A stretch of 61,195 nt of DNA from Chloroflexota bacterium (GTDB lineage: Bacteria; Chloroflexota; Dehalococcoidia; SZUA-161), in NCBI GenBank assembly GCA_021787935.1, contig JAJYLC010000003.1, forward strand, positions 1-61,195. Direction: 5' to 3'. Shown piece by piece: positions 47,047 through 55,664 of the stretch. A model generated the notes under the pieces. That model saw only the letters and a program-made list of their open reading frames with translations, ran no database searches and had not been told where the DNA came from. How positions within the stretch are numbered: the stretch's first letter is position 1; each line of letters begins with the position of its first letter. A program made the translations under genes and the position numbers.

Positions 47047-48501
47047 ATGGATACGAACATTATCTACTGTGGTGACAATTTAGAAATCCTGCCTAAATAT
47101 ATTCCTGATGAGTCTATAGACCTGATATATATTGACCCGCCGTTTAACACGAGCCGACAATATGAGGTATTCTGGGGAGAAGCACAGGAGAGGAGGGCTT
47201 TCGAGGATAGATTCGGGGATGTAATGACATATCTCGATTGGATGCGTCCACGGTTGCGAGAGCTACACCGCATATTGAAATCGACTGGCAGTTTCTATTA
47301 TCACTGTGATTGGCACGCTACCCATTATATCAAGGTGGAACTAGACCGCTTGTTTGGCTTCGATAATTTCCAAAATGAGATTATCTGGCGTCGTACTACA
47401 TCTCACGGTGACTCAAAGCAGGGTGCAAGGCATTATGGGCGCATACATGACACCCTTTTATTCTATACTAAAAGTGCTGAATATACATGGAACACTCAAT
47501 TTGTTGAATTTTCGGCAAGCCAAATAAAACAGCAATATAATAAACAAGAAAAGGATGGCAGAAGATACCGACTCGTAACGCCTACTGCCAAAAAGCCTGG
47601 CGGAGACACATCTTATGAATGGAAAGGAGTGCGACCACCAAAAGGCCGTTTTTGGGCATATACTAGAGAGAAAATGGCAGAAATGGATTCCAAAGGACTA
47701 CTCTACTATAGCAAGACAGGGCAACCTTACATCAAATATTATCTGGACGAACGACCTGGAGTAGCCGCACAATCGCTGTGGACGGATGTTAGCCCAATGT
47801 CACCAACTGCCAAAGAACGATTAGGATACCCTACCCAAAAACCTTTAACTCTGCTAGAGCGAATCGTGAATGCCAGTAGCAATGAGGGACAGGTCGTAAT
47901 GGACGCATTTTGTGGTTGCGGAACAACACTTGAGGCTGCGGCCAAGCTAAAAAGAAAATGGATTGGTATAGACTTCTCCCCAACAGCTTGTCGTGTCATG
48001 GCAGAACGTTTAGAAAAGCGATTAGGCCTCAAAGAAGGTATTGACTTCACATTGAAGGACATGCCCAAAACAGTCGACCAACTACACAGAATGCCACCGT
48101 TTGAGTTCCAAAACTGGGCAGTAGTTGCACTCGGAGGAATTCCGAACAAGGTCAAAGTAGGAGATTACGGAATAGATGGAAGGCTCTACTTAGCTGATAT
48201 GGCTAAAGAGGAGAAAACCGTCAAGCGCATATCAGAGAAAGTTGCCCAAGGCATGTTCGAGACCTTAGATAAATGGTATCCTATTCAAGTGAAGCAAGTA
48301 GACAAGGTAGGAAGACCGGATATAGATAAGTTTGAGACAGCTATGCGTAGAGATAAGAGGCTGAAAGGGTACTTTGTGGCTTTCGGATTCTCAGGAGATG
48401 CCACGAAAGAGATACAGCGAGCACAGAAAGTTGAAGGCTTGGAGATAACACCCATCACGGTTGAAGAATTGTTAGGATACGAAAAAACAGCTTTGGACTG
48501 A
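47047..48501 (+). CDS. DNA methyltransferase (beta-class, DPPF) fused to an Mrr-like PD-(D/E)xK nuclease domain
   Basis: Motif IV IDPPFNT precedes motif I VMDAFCGCGTT. The C-terminus has GDYGIDG ... YPIQVKQ, typical of the Mrr catalytic domain. Confidence 0.7.
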   Translation: MDTNIIYCGDNLEILPKYIPDESIDLIYIDPPFNTSRQYEVFWGEAQERRAFEDRFGDVMTYLDWMRPRLRELHRILKSTGSFYYHCDWHATHYIKVELDRLFGFDNFQNEIIWRRTTSHGDSKQGARHYGRIHDTLLFYTKSAEYTWNTQFVEFSASQIKQQYNKQEKDGRRYRLVTPTAKKPGGDTSYEWKGVRPPKGRFWAYTREKMAEMDSKGLLYYSKTGQPYIKYYLDERPGVAAQSLWTDVSPMSPTAKERLGYPTQKPLTLLERIVNASSNEGQVVMDAFCGCGTTLEAAAKLKRKWIGIDFSPTACRVMAERLEKRLGLKEGIDFTLKDMPKTVDQLHRMPPFEFQNWAVVALGGIPNKVKVGDYGIDGRLYLADMAKEEKTVKRISEKVAQGMFETLDKWYPIQVKQVDKVGRPDIDKFETAMRRDKRLKGYFVAFGFSGDATKEIQRAQKVEGLEITPITVEELLGYEKTALD

Positions 48502-48505
48502 CTGC

Positions 48506-49342
48506 CTATTTTGTTAAGTTCACGATTTCTTCAATACTCCAAACGTGGTCTGTGAGTCCTGTTGCCATAGCAGGGGTTCTCGGATAAGGATTAGCCAACG
48601 TCCTATGAGTCCGAGCGAAATTGTAGTGCATGAAGTAAAGAGCAAGGGCAAGCGTGTGATTTTCTAGCTTCTTAGAAAAGGCATTGGTTAATCGGGTAAA
48701 TCTCCTCATGCACATTCTCATGGTCAAGTTCTGGCGCTCTACATAGCTTGTAGAGACCTTTGAAATATCGGGATTGCCTTGTACCACGTGCTTCTCGGTT
48801 CCGATGCACTTAGCAGGACTATACCGTTTCTCATTTTCAGTATCTTGCCCATAGAACTTAACTAATTGTGCATACTCTATCTCTCGCCCAAAAGCCTTTT
48901 CTACCGCTTCGAGATACATCTTATGACCGTCTGTAGTTAACTGCACTCGACTAGCAAGCCTATCCTTCAAGTCTGAAAGAAACTCATAAGCGCAATCAGC
49001 GTCACGAGTGCCAACTTTCCAGCAGGGAACAAGCTTGGTATCAGCATCTATCGCTGTGAACGTCCAGACATCGCCATAGCCAAACTCACTATTGTGTTCC
49101 TCTGGCACATTCTTAGCCTTGGCATAAACGAAGCTCCAAACCTCGTCAACCTGTAGCTTATTACAGGGCAGATTCCGCATGTTCTGATACTGATATGCCA
49201 AACAAGCAGCCCCTACGTCTCGAAGCAGCTTGACCACTGTATTGATAGCCGTGTTGGTTATCCGAGCGGTGCTACGTATTGAGTTACCCTCACAGAGAAC
49301 CTTTATAACCTGTGCTTGTCTCTCCAAACTCATCTTGTTCAT
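48506..49342 (-). CDS. IS1-like single-ORF DDE transposase
   Basis: N-terminal HTH; LQVDEVWSF, LTTDGHKMY and YVERQNLTMRMCMRRFTRLTNAFSKK. No terminal inverted repeats of its own were found. Confidence 0.7.
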   Translation of the reverse strand: MNKMSLERQAQVIKVLCEGNSIRSTARITNTAINTVVKLLRDVGAACLAYQYQNMRNLPCNKLQVDEVWSFVYAKAKNVPEEHNSEFGYGDVWTFTAIDADTKLVPCWKVGTRDADCAYEFLSDLKDRLASRVQLTTDGHKMYLEAVEKAFGREIEYAQLVKFYGQDTENEKRYSPAKCIGTEKHVVQGNPDISKVSTSYVERQNLTMRMCMRRFTRLTNAFSKKLENHTLALALYFMHYNFARTHRTLANPYPRTPAMATGLTDHVWSIEEIVNLTK

Positions 49343-49371
49343 CGTAGTCTCCCTATTTCCTAACTGACTAT

Positions 49372-49400
49372 ATTATACCACACCGCTCACGCATTGTCAA
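49372..49400 (-). promoter_or_regulatory. Consensus sigma-70 promoter of the IS1-like transposase
   Basis: The minus strand reads TTGACA, 17-nt spacer, TATAAT. Confidence 0.6.
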
Positions 49401-49451
49401 TAGTTTTGCGCTATATTTCTCGTCATTTTCGCAAAATATATAGCAAGCATA

Positions 49452-49480
49452 TTGACAATTCATGCTTGCTATATTATACT
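49452..49480 (+). promoter_or_regulatory. Promoter of the P63C gene with a flanking palindrome
   Basis: TTGACA, 17-nt spacer, TATACT. The inverted repeat agcaagcat (49442-49450) / atgcttgct (49462-49470) brackets the -35 box. Confidence 0.55.
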
Positions 49481-49515
49481 ACCAATAAGCAAACTTTCAA
49501 GGGGGTAGCATAAAG

Positions 49516-50568
49516 ATGGCTAGTGCAAAACAGCAAGCATTGTGGAACAATAGCGCCTCAAAAGGTGGCAAAATCAGAGCAGAAAGACTATCACCCGAAA
49601 AACGAGCCGATATTGCAAAAAAAGCTGCAATTACTAGGTGGAGAGGTAGTCAAGATAATGGTAGCAATAATCTTATAGCCTCATTTCCAGGTACTCTTTT
49701 CATTAATGACTTAGTATTGCCTTGCGCTGTGCTGGACAATGGGGTAAGAGTTCTATCAGAGACTGGAATGACAAAGGCTTTGGGTAGCACTCGTGGAGGT
49801 GCACACTGGAAGCGTTTGCATGAAAACCCTAGTAGAGATTATTTGCCAGTATTTTTGTCGGCCAATAATCTAGAGCCCTTTGTTTCACCAAGTTTGCATG
49901 CGGCTCTCTCGAATCCAATCCTGTATAAAACCAAGAGCGGTGCCATCGCTTATGGTGTATTAGCTACTCTCGTGCCAGAAATTTGCGAGACGTGGCTAAA
50001 AGCTAGAAAAGTTCGTGGTGTTCTTAACGCCGCTCAAGAGGAAATAGCAGACAAAGCAGAACGTCTCCTTGGTGGTCTAGCGAGGGTGGGCATCATAGCC
50101 TTAATTGATGCTGCGACTGGATATGAACAATATAGAGACAGATATGAACTCAATAAGATTCTTCAGGCTTATGTATCAAAACAATTACTTCCTTGGGAAC
50201 AACGCTTTCCGGAGGATTACTACAAGGAATTGTTCAGACTTAGAGGGTGGTCTTATAGCCCACCACAACCTAAGCGCCCTAGAATCATCAGCCAACTGAC
50301 GAGCGAATTGGTATATCAGAAGTTGCCAGAAGGTGTATATGCTGAATTGAAATCACGCAATCCAATAATCAAAGACGGAAGGCGAGCCCACAAGAACTTC
50401 CAATTTCTTACTGAAAATGTGGGCAATCCTCATCTGGAAAAACAGTTGACAGCCGTCATAACTTTAATGAAAGCATCACCGAATTGGGGGACTTTTAAGC
50501 GCTTATTCAATAGAGCATTTGCAAAAGAGGGTGTGCAGAGCGAAATGTTTGAGGGTGAAGACCTCTAA
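49516..50568 (+). CDS. P63C-domain-like protein with an N-terminal KGG basic motif
   Basis: N-terminus has SKGGKIRAERLSPEKRADIAKKAAITRW. The body resembles phage-associated P63C proteins; this is recalled, not searched. Confidence 0.5.
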   Translation: MASAKQQALWNNSASKGGKIRAERLSPEKRADIAKKAAITRWRGSQDNGSNNLIASFPGTLFINDLVLPCAVLDNGVRVLSETGMTKALGSTRGGAHWKRLHENPSRDYLPVFLSANNLEPFVSPSLHAALSNPILYKTKSGAIAYGVLATLVPEICETWLKARKVRGVLNAAQEEIADKAERLLGGLARVGIIALIDAATGYEQYRDRYELNKILQAYVSKQLLPWEQRFPEDYYKELFRLRGWSYSPPQPKRPRIISQLTSELVYQKLPEGVYAELKSRNPIIKDGRRAHKNFQFLTENVGNPHLEKQLTAVITLMKASPNWGTFKRLFNRAFAKEGVQSEMFEGEDL

Positions 50569-50828
50569 AGTTTTGCCCACCTAGCCTTGGCTGCTCTCCT
50601 TGCCGATTCCTTGCGCTGTTCCGGAGTCATCTTGCTCGCTCTAGCCTTACCACCTTTGAGTCCACCTAAACGTCCTAAAGCAACTGCCGCAGCATGTCTA
50701 TCTATTGAGGACTCAGGAGGAACTTCCTTCGCTTCAACTTGAGGTTGTTCGGTAGCTTCCTGGACTACTCTAAACGCAGTTATAGCGAAGTCATAGTCTC
50801 GTTTCGGTTTTCTCTTTTTCCCTGCCAT
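50565..50828 (-). CDS. Small basic protein with a C-terminal KGG motif
   Basis: Contains LKGGKARASKMTPEQRKESARRAAKARWAK. It is convergent with the P63C gene, with overlapping stop codons (ctaa). Confidence 0.5.
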   Translation of the reverse strand: MAGKKRKPKRDYDFAITAFRVVQEATEQPQVEAKEVPPESSIDRHAAAVALGRLGGLKGGKARASKMTPEQRKESARRAAKARWAKL

Positions 50829-50834
50829 GACACC

Positions 50835-50863
50835 ACAATACTAAATCGCTCACGCATTGTCAA
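50835..50863 (-). promoter_or_regulatory. Promoter of the small KGG gene
   Basis: The minus strand reads TTGACA, 17-nt spacer, TATTGT. The 19 nt cgctcacgcattgtcaata (50847-50865) are identical to 49384-49402. Confidence 0.5.
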
Positions 50864-50982
50864 TAATGTCTAATTTCAAAATGATACACTACCCGCTTTT
50901 TATTCGCCTTGACTATTCTCGTAAACTAAGGCAAAATATAGCTTTGTTGGGTCTGGCAAAATGGTAGCAGGCAGGATGCGCT

Positions 50983-51534
50983 ATGGATTTGATGCAGGCT
51001 ATTAAGGGACGAAGGAGTGTTCGCAAATACAAGACTGACCCTATCAGCGATAAGGCTGTCGAGACAGTCCTCGAAGCTGCCAGGTGGGCTCCGTCCTGGA
51101 CAAACAGTCAGTGCTGGCGGTTTGTGGTGGTCCGGGACTTTCAACTAAAGGAAAAACTGGCGGCTATTCTGGACCGAGAGAAGAACAGGTCGGCCCCAGC
51201 GGTGAGAAATGCTCCGGTGGTCATAGTGGCCTGCGCTGAGCTGGGGAAATCGGGGTATTATAGGGGTCAGATAAGTACAGATAAAGGCGACTGGTTCATG
51301 TTCGATACGGCTTTAGCTATGCAGAACCTGACGCTGGCAGCCCATGCCACCGGCCTGGGCACTGTACATATCGGCCTGTTCGATGCCAAAGAGGTGGCCA
51401 GAGTCCTGGATGTCCCCGATGGGGTGGCAGTGGTAGAGATGACCCCGCTGGGCTACCCCGATGAAGAGCCACATCAGTCCAGCAGGAAAGAACTTACTGA
51501 GATCGCGTTCAAAGAAAAATACGGCAAGCAATAG
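50983..51534 (+). CDS. Nitroreductase family protein
   Basis: N-terminal IKGRRSVRKY and PSWTNSQCWRFVVV motifs. Confidence 0.8.
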   Translation: MDLMQAIKGRRSVRKYKTDPISDKAVETVLEAARWAPSWTNSQCWRFVVVRDFQLKEKLAAILDREKNRSAPAVRNAPVVIVACAELGKSGYYRGQISTDKGDWFMFDTALAMQNLTLAAHATGLGTVHIGLFDAKEVARVLDVPDGVAVVEMTPLGYPDEEPHQSSRKELTEIAFKEKYGKQ

Positions 51535-51577
51535 CCAGAGAGATATCCTGGCTGGTAGTGTAGACTGAGGTAAACTT

Positions 51578-51673
51578 ATGAGTTCCGTTGTAAAAAAACG
51601 GCGCAAGAAGATGGCCAAGCACAAGCATCGCAAGATGTTGAAAAAGACTAGGTGGCAGAGACGGCACGGATAA
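51578..51673 (+). CDS. bS22-like ribosomal mini-protein (AURKAIP1/COX24-type basic peptide), 31 aa
   Basis: Not in the ORF track. GAGG lies 5 nt upstream of the ATG. Translation is MSSVVKKRRKKMAKHKHRKMLKKTRWQRRHG*, matching the M.SV.KKRRK.M.KKKHRK.L..TR.QRR pattern. Confidence 0.7.
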   Translation: MSSVVKKRRKKMAKHKHRKMLKKTRWQRRHG

Positions 51674-51718
51674 AACAGGGAAGGATGCCGGGAAATCCGT
51701 TTGCCGGTTGACAGGGCG

Positions 51719-52744
51719 ATGTGGCAGGTGATTGGTCAGTCCAGAGCGATAGAGTTGCTGAGGCGCAGCCTTGAGAGCGAGCGCCTCTCTCATGCTTACC
51801 TTTTTGTAGGCCAGCCCCACGTGGGCAAAACAACCCTCGCTATTAATCTGGCACAGGCGCTGAACTGCGAACAGGAAACAAAGCCGTGCGGCCAATGCCG
51901 GTCCTGCCTCCGTATAGCAGCAGGAAATCACCCCGATGTCCAGTCTATCGGGCGCATGGCAAACGCCGAACCCGGCCAGGCAAGCACTAAGAAGGAAATA
52001 AGCATAGCGCAGATAAAGGAAGTACAACGGTCTGCCGGACTGCAGCCTTATGAAGGCAAGCACCGGGTCTTTATCATAGATGGCGCCGAGTATCTAAACG
52101 AGGAGTCGGCCAACTGCCTGCTCAAGACGCTGGAGGAGCCTCCGCCGAGGGTACTCTTCATTCTGTTGACGGTTAATGACGCCAGGTTGTTGTCCACAAT
52201 CGTTTCCCGGTGCCAGCGGGTTGAGCTCTTCCCGCTGCCTGCTGAGGTCATAGAGCAGGCGCTGATGGAACAATGGCAGGTAGCCCCTGAAAAAGCCAGA
52301 GTGCTGAGCAGGCTTTGCCGGGGCAGTATAGGATGGGCGGTCTCCGCCTCACGCGATGAAAGCCTGGTCCTGGAACGCTCTCAAAGGTTGGATGAGCTTC
52401 TCAGTCTAAACAACGCCAGCCTTGACCAGCGGTTCGCCTTCGCAGGCAAGTTAGCAACTCAGTTCGGTAAGAGTCGGGACTCGGTCGAGGAGGTGCTCGA
52501 CCTTTGGTTGGGGTGGTGGCGCGATGTCATTCTTGCCAGGGAAGGATGCGCACAGTTTATAACTAACCTCGATAGGGAAGCAGCACTCCGCATGTCTGCG
52601 CAGTGCTACAGCATGGCTGGCATCAGAGATTTTATGGAAGCTATTCGGGAGACCGTGGTGCAACTGGGGCAAAATGCCAATCCCAGGCTGGCGCTGGAAG
52701 TCTTAATGCTTAATCTCCCCAGGGGCGAAAGGGCGGGCGTCTAA
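51719..52744 (+). CDS. holB: DNA polymerase III delta' subunit
   Basis: HAYLFVGQPHVGKTT and zinc-module CGQCRSC. The ATG at 51719 is preferred over the TTG at 51701. Confidence 0.8.
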   Translation: MWQVIGQSRAIELLRRSLESERLSHAYLFVGQPHVGKTTLAINLAQALNCEQETKPCGQCRSCLRIAAGNHPDVQSIGRMANAEPGQASTKKEISIAQIKEVQRSAGLQPYEGKHRVFIIDGAEYLNEESANCLLKTLEEPPPRVLFILLTVNDARLLSTIVSRCQRVELFPLPAEVIEQALMEQWQVAPEKARVLSRLCRGSIGWAVSASRDESLVLERSQRLDELLSLNNASLDQRFAFAGKLATQFGKSRDSVEEVLDLWLGWWRDVILAREGCAQFITNLDREAALRMSAQCYSMAGIRDFMEAIRETVVQLGQNANPRLALEVLMLNLPRGERAGV

Positions 52745-52814
52745 CATCGTTAATCTGTCTAGGTATTTGCAGGAACCGTCGGAAAGAGCGACAATGATAA
52801 TTAGGGCCAAGTAC

Positions 52815-52871
52815 CGAGATTCTTCGCTGAAGCTCAGAATGACACAAAAAACTAGAATTCTATTTTCAAAG
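52815..52871. repeat. Partial copies of intergenic repeat modules
   Basis: cgagattcttcgctgaagctcagaatgaca (52815-52844) matches 38126-38155. ctattttcaaag (52860-52871) matches 23076-23087 and 38169-38180. Confidence 0.8.
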
Positions 52872-52873
52872 AG

Positions 52874-53680
52874 ATGAGTAAAGTAGTAGGCGTCCGGTTC
52901 AAGCGAGCGGGGTTGATATATTTTTTTGATCCCTCGGATATCGAGCTTGCTATAGGCGACGACGTGGTGGTCGAGACCTCTCGCGGCTCGGCAATCGGCA
53001 AAGTTGTTTCTGCACCCAGAGAGGCGGCTTCCACAGAAATCAGCGAGCCTTTGAAGCCAGTCCTGCGTAAAGCTCAGCCGGATGACTTTGAGCAAATGAA
53101 GCGAATGAAGGAAAAGGAAAGGGAGGCATTGGCCAAGTGTGCGGAACTGGTGGAGAAGTTCCGTCTCCCTATGAAGCTTATCTCAGCAGAGTACAACCTC
53201 GATGGCAGCTATCTCACCATCTACTTCAGGTCCGAAAAAAGGGTTGATTTCAGGGCCCTGCTGCGTGAGCTTTCCAGTACCCTAAAGACCCGCGTGGAAC
53301 TGCGTCAGGTGGGTACGCGCGATGCTGCCAAATTGGTGGGCGGCATCGGCAGATGCGGGCGGCCTTTGTGCTGCGGCAGCCATTTGTGCAAGTTCGAAAC
53401 TATCTCCATGAAAATGGCGCGTGAGCAAAACTTGCCCCTTAATCCGGCTAATATCTCCGGCGTATGCGGCAGACTGCTCTGCTGCCTGTCTTACGAGAAC
53501 GAGCAATATCGTGTTATGAAACAGAAACTCCCCGCTACAGGCGAGATGATAAAGACACGTCTTGGTGTGGGCAAAGTAACGGGCACCAATCCTCTAAAGG
53601 AAACCGTCACCGTGCAGCTCGAGAGCGAAGCAGTATTAGAATTACCCCTTTCCGAGATAGAGCCCTGCAGCAGCAATTAG
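52874..53680 (+). CDS. ricT: PSP1 domain protein (YaaT/RicT-like)
   Basis: VVGVRFKRAGLIYFFD start and the Cys cluster GRCGRPLCCGSHL...CGRLLCCL. It sits in the conserved position after holB. Confidence 0.75.
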   Translation: MSKVVGVRFKRAGLIYFFDPSDIELAIGDDVVVETSRGSAIGKVVSAPREAASTEISEPLKPVLRKAQPDDFEQMKRMKEKEREALAKCAELVEKFRLPMKLISAEYNLDGSYLTIYFRSEKRVDFRALLRELSSTLKTRVELRQVGTRDAAKLVGGIGRCGRPLCCGSHLCKFETISMKMAREQNLPLNPANISGVCGRLLCCLSYENEQYRVMKQKLPATGEMIKTRLGVGKVTGTNPLKETVTVQLESEAVLELPLSEIEPCSSN

Positions 53681-53812
53681 CTTCTATAAGCAACAATATC
53701 AACCTTTTGAGCATAAAAAACAGCTAAAGTATTGCATTATCAACTAAAATATGATACGCTTCTTTTGCTAATCTTTTAAGGTTAGCGAAGGAGGTGGTGT
53801 GGTTTCCACATT

Positions 53813-54004
53813 ATGGAAACTGAATTGTTATCGGTAGATGATATTACAAAGATACTCAGGATAAGCAAAGGTACCGCGCAAAGATGGTGCCGCGATCGCA
53901 GGCTTCCAGCAGCAAAAATTGGGAAGGCATATCGGATCAGAAAACAAGACCTGGACGAATGGTACGAGGGAAAGCTTCGGGATAAAGTAACCGCTGAGCG
54001 GTAG
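53813..54004 (+). CDS. Excisionase/MerR-like helix-turn-helix DNA-binding protein
   Basis: LSVDDITKILRISKGTAQRWCRDRRLPAAKIGKAYRIRKQDLDEW. Confidence 0.7.
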   Translation: METELLSVDDITKILRISKGTAQRWCRDRRLPAAKIGKAYRIRKQDLDEWYEGKLRDKVTAER

Positions 54005-54103
54005 GCTTCTTTAATCTAAAACAGAAAGAATAATCGAATTTCGACCACCGTGTAAAATGCAGGTGGTGATTTTTTGTTTGATAACCTAGAAGGGGTGGGA
54101 ACA

Positions 54104-54502
54104 ATGCACCTGATTATCGATGGTTACGGAGGAGATCCACAGAAGATGCAGGATGTCGAGTTCATCTTCCAGTTACTCGACGGTTATCCTGATAAAATTG
54201 GGATGACGAAAATCTCAACCCCGCATGTCTCCAAATATGTTGGCTCCAAACCCGAGGATTGGGGGGTTTCCGGCTTTGTTCTCATTGCCGAGAGCCATAT
54301 CAGCATACACACCTTTCCCGAGCGATTCTACATCAATATCGATGTCTTCTCCTGCAAAGAGTTCGATGCCGAACGAGCTATCAAGGAGTTCAAACAGAAT
54401 TTCGGGCTGACCGAAGTGAGAAGCTATATCCTCAACCGAGGCCTGGAATTTAACAATTATCAGCAGCCCTCGTTAGCTCTGGACCCGGCCGGCAGCAGGT
54501 GA
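54104..54502 (+). CDS. speH: S-adenosylmethionine decarboxylase proenzyme (small pyruvoyl type)
   Basis: Self-cleavage context VLIAESHISIHTFPE. The ATG at 54104 follows GGGGTGGGA. Confidence 0.8.
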   Translation: MHLIIDGYGGDPQKMQDVEFIFQLLDGYPDKIGMTKISTPHVSKYVGSKPEDWGVSGFVLIAESHISIHTFPERFYINIDVFSCKEFDAERAIKEFKQNFGLTEVRSYILNRGLEFNNYQQPSLALDPAGSR

Positions 54503-54529
54503 GACACTCCGCCTGTATGGACAGACAAA

Positions 54530-55405
54530 TTGACTGATGAGCTGTTCCTGCCCCCGAGAAGCTTTGCTGGCATACCTCTTCAAGCTATGCCCTTCGATAC
54601 AGCGAAGGTGATCATCGTCCCTGTGCCTTACGATGGCACCGCCGAGTATAAGAGCGGAGCCCGGGAGGGACCGCAGGCCATTATAGACGCCTCACAATAC
54701 CTCGAGCTGTACGACGCCGAGCTGGACCGCGAGATCAGCGAGGTGGGTATCCACACCCTGCCCGAAGTGCAGCCCCTGGCGAGCGGGCCTGAGTTTATGG
54801 TGGAGCGGGTATACGGCATAGCGAAGTATATGATTGAGAAGGGCAAGCTGTGGGCTATGCTGGGTGGAGAGCATTCGCTTACGCTGGGCGCAGTCAAGGC
54901 CTTTCATGAAAAATACCCGGAGCTTTCGGTGCTGCAACTGGACGCCCATGCTGACCTCCGTGACCAGTATCAGGGGACGAGATACGGCAACGCTTCGGTG
55001 ATGCGCCGAGTATGGGAGATTTGCCCTGTTGTGCAGGCAGGCATCCGCAGCTTCAGCCTGGAAGAACACAAGTTTCTGCAGCAGCAAAAGAAGGAGCCGT
55101 TCTATGCCGAGGCTTCAAACAGCCCCGATTTTGCAAACAGTGTGACCTCTGCGCTGTCACCTACGGTATACGTATCCATCGACCTCGATGTCCTCGATCC
55201 ATCGATCATGTCAGCAGTGGGCACTCCCGAGCCCGGTGGCTTGAGTTGGCAGCAGGTGCTGGACCTGTTGCGAGCAGTAGCTGCCGAGAAGAAAGTCGTC
55301 GGATTCGACCTGATGGAGCTCTGCCCGCGAGAGGGGCCAACCTCCTGCGCCTTCCTCGCCGCCAAACTGGCCTACAAGCTAATTGGATATGCCACACGCC
55401 TCTAA
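54530..55405 (+). CDS. speB: Agmatinase (ureohydrolase family)
   Basis: GGEHS, LDAHADLRD and SIDLDVLDPS metal-binding motifs. Confidence 0.8.
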   Translation: MTDELFLPPRSFAGIPLQAMPFDTAKVIIVPVPYDGTAEYKSGAREGPQAIIDASQYLELYDAELDREISEVGIHTLPEVQPLASGPEFMVERVYGIAKYMIEKGKLWAMLGGEHSLTLGAVKAFHEKYPELSVLQLDAHADLRDQYQGTRYGNASVMRRVWEICPVVQAGIRSFSLEEHKFLQQQKKEPFYAEASNSPDFANSVTSALSPTVYVSIDLDVLDPSIMSAVGTPEPGGLSWQQVLDLLRAVAAEKKVVGFDLMELCPREGPTSCAFLAAKLAYKLIGYATRL

Positions 55406-55664
55406 TCACGCCGTATCCCCGTGATAAGTACTAATCTCTAAAGCTCGAAATCCTAAATGCTCGTTCAGGTACTACTATTTTCCTACTATTACCAACACTA
55501 ATTAACCATGTACACCCGATAGCAGGTGCGCTAATGTTTGAACGAGAAAGGCACGTGTTCGAGTATCACTACAAGAATTATTGGAATAAAAGCCAGTAAC
55601 ACAGTTCTTAAGGGATTCGAGAGCGAATGGGTGACTTTTTATAGGAAACTTAAGAGGACAATCT

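Larger units (their letters stand above)
46975..50893. mobile_element. 3.9-kb unit bounded by perfect 19-bp inverted repeats and 8-bp direct repeats
   Basis: GGTAGTGTATCATTTTGAA (46975-46993) and its exact reverse complement (50875-50893). CGCTTTTT lies immediately outside both ends (46967-46974 and 50894-50901). Confidence 0.6.

Noticed and set aside
48470-49420. The intact IS1-like transposase as a complete insertion sequence with its own ends.
   Set aside because: I found no terminal inverted repeats or target duplication around 48506-49342. Its upstream 19-mer is shared with the KGG gene promoter and does not form an IS end. It is reported only as a transposase gene inside the larger inverted-repeat-bounded unit.
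49516-54004. Prophage interpretation, based on the P63C-like gene and an excisionase-type HTH (53813..54004).
   Set aside because: The window has no integrase, capsid, terminase, tail or lysis genes. The HTH gene sits among housekeeping genes (ricT, speH) with host-like composition.
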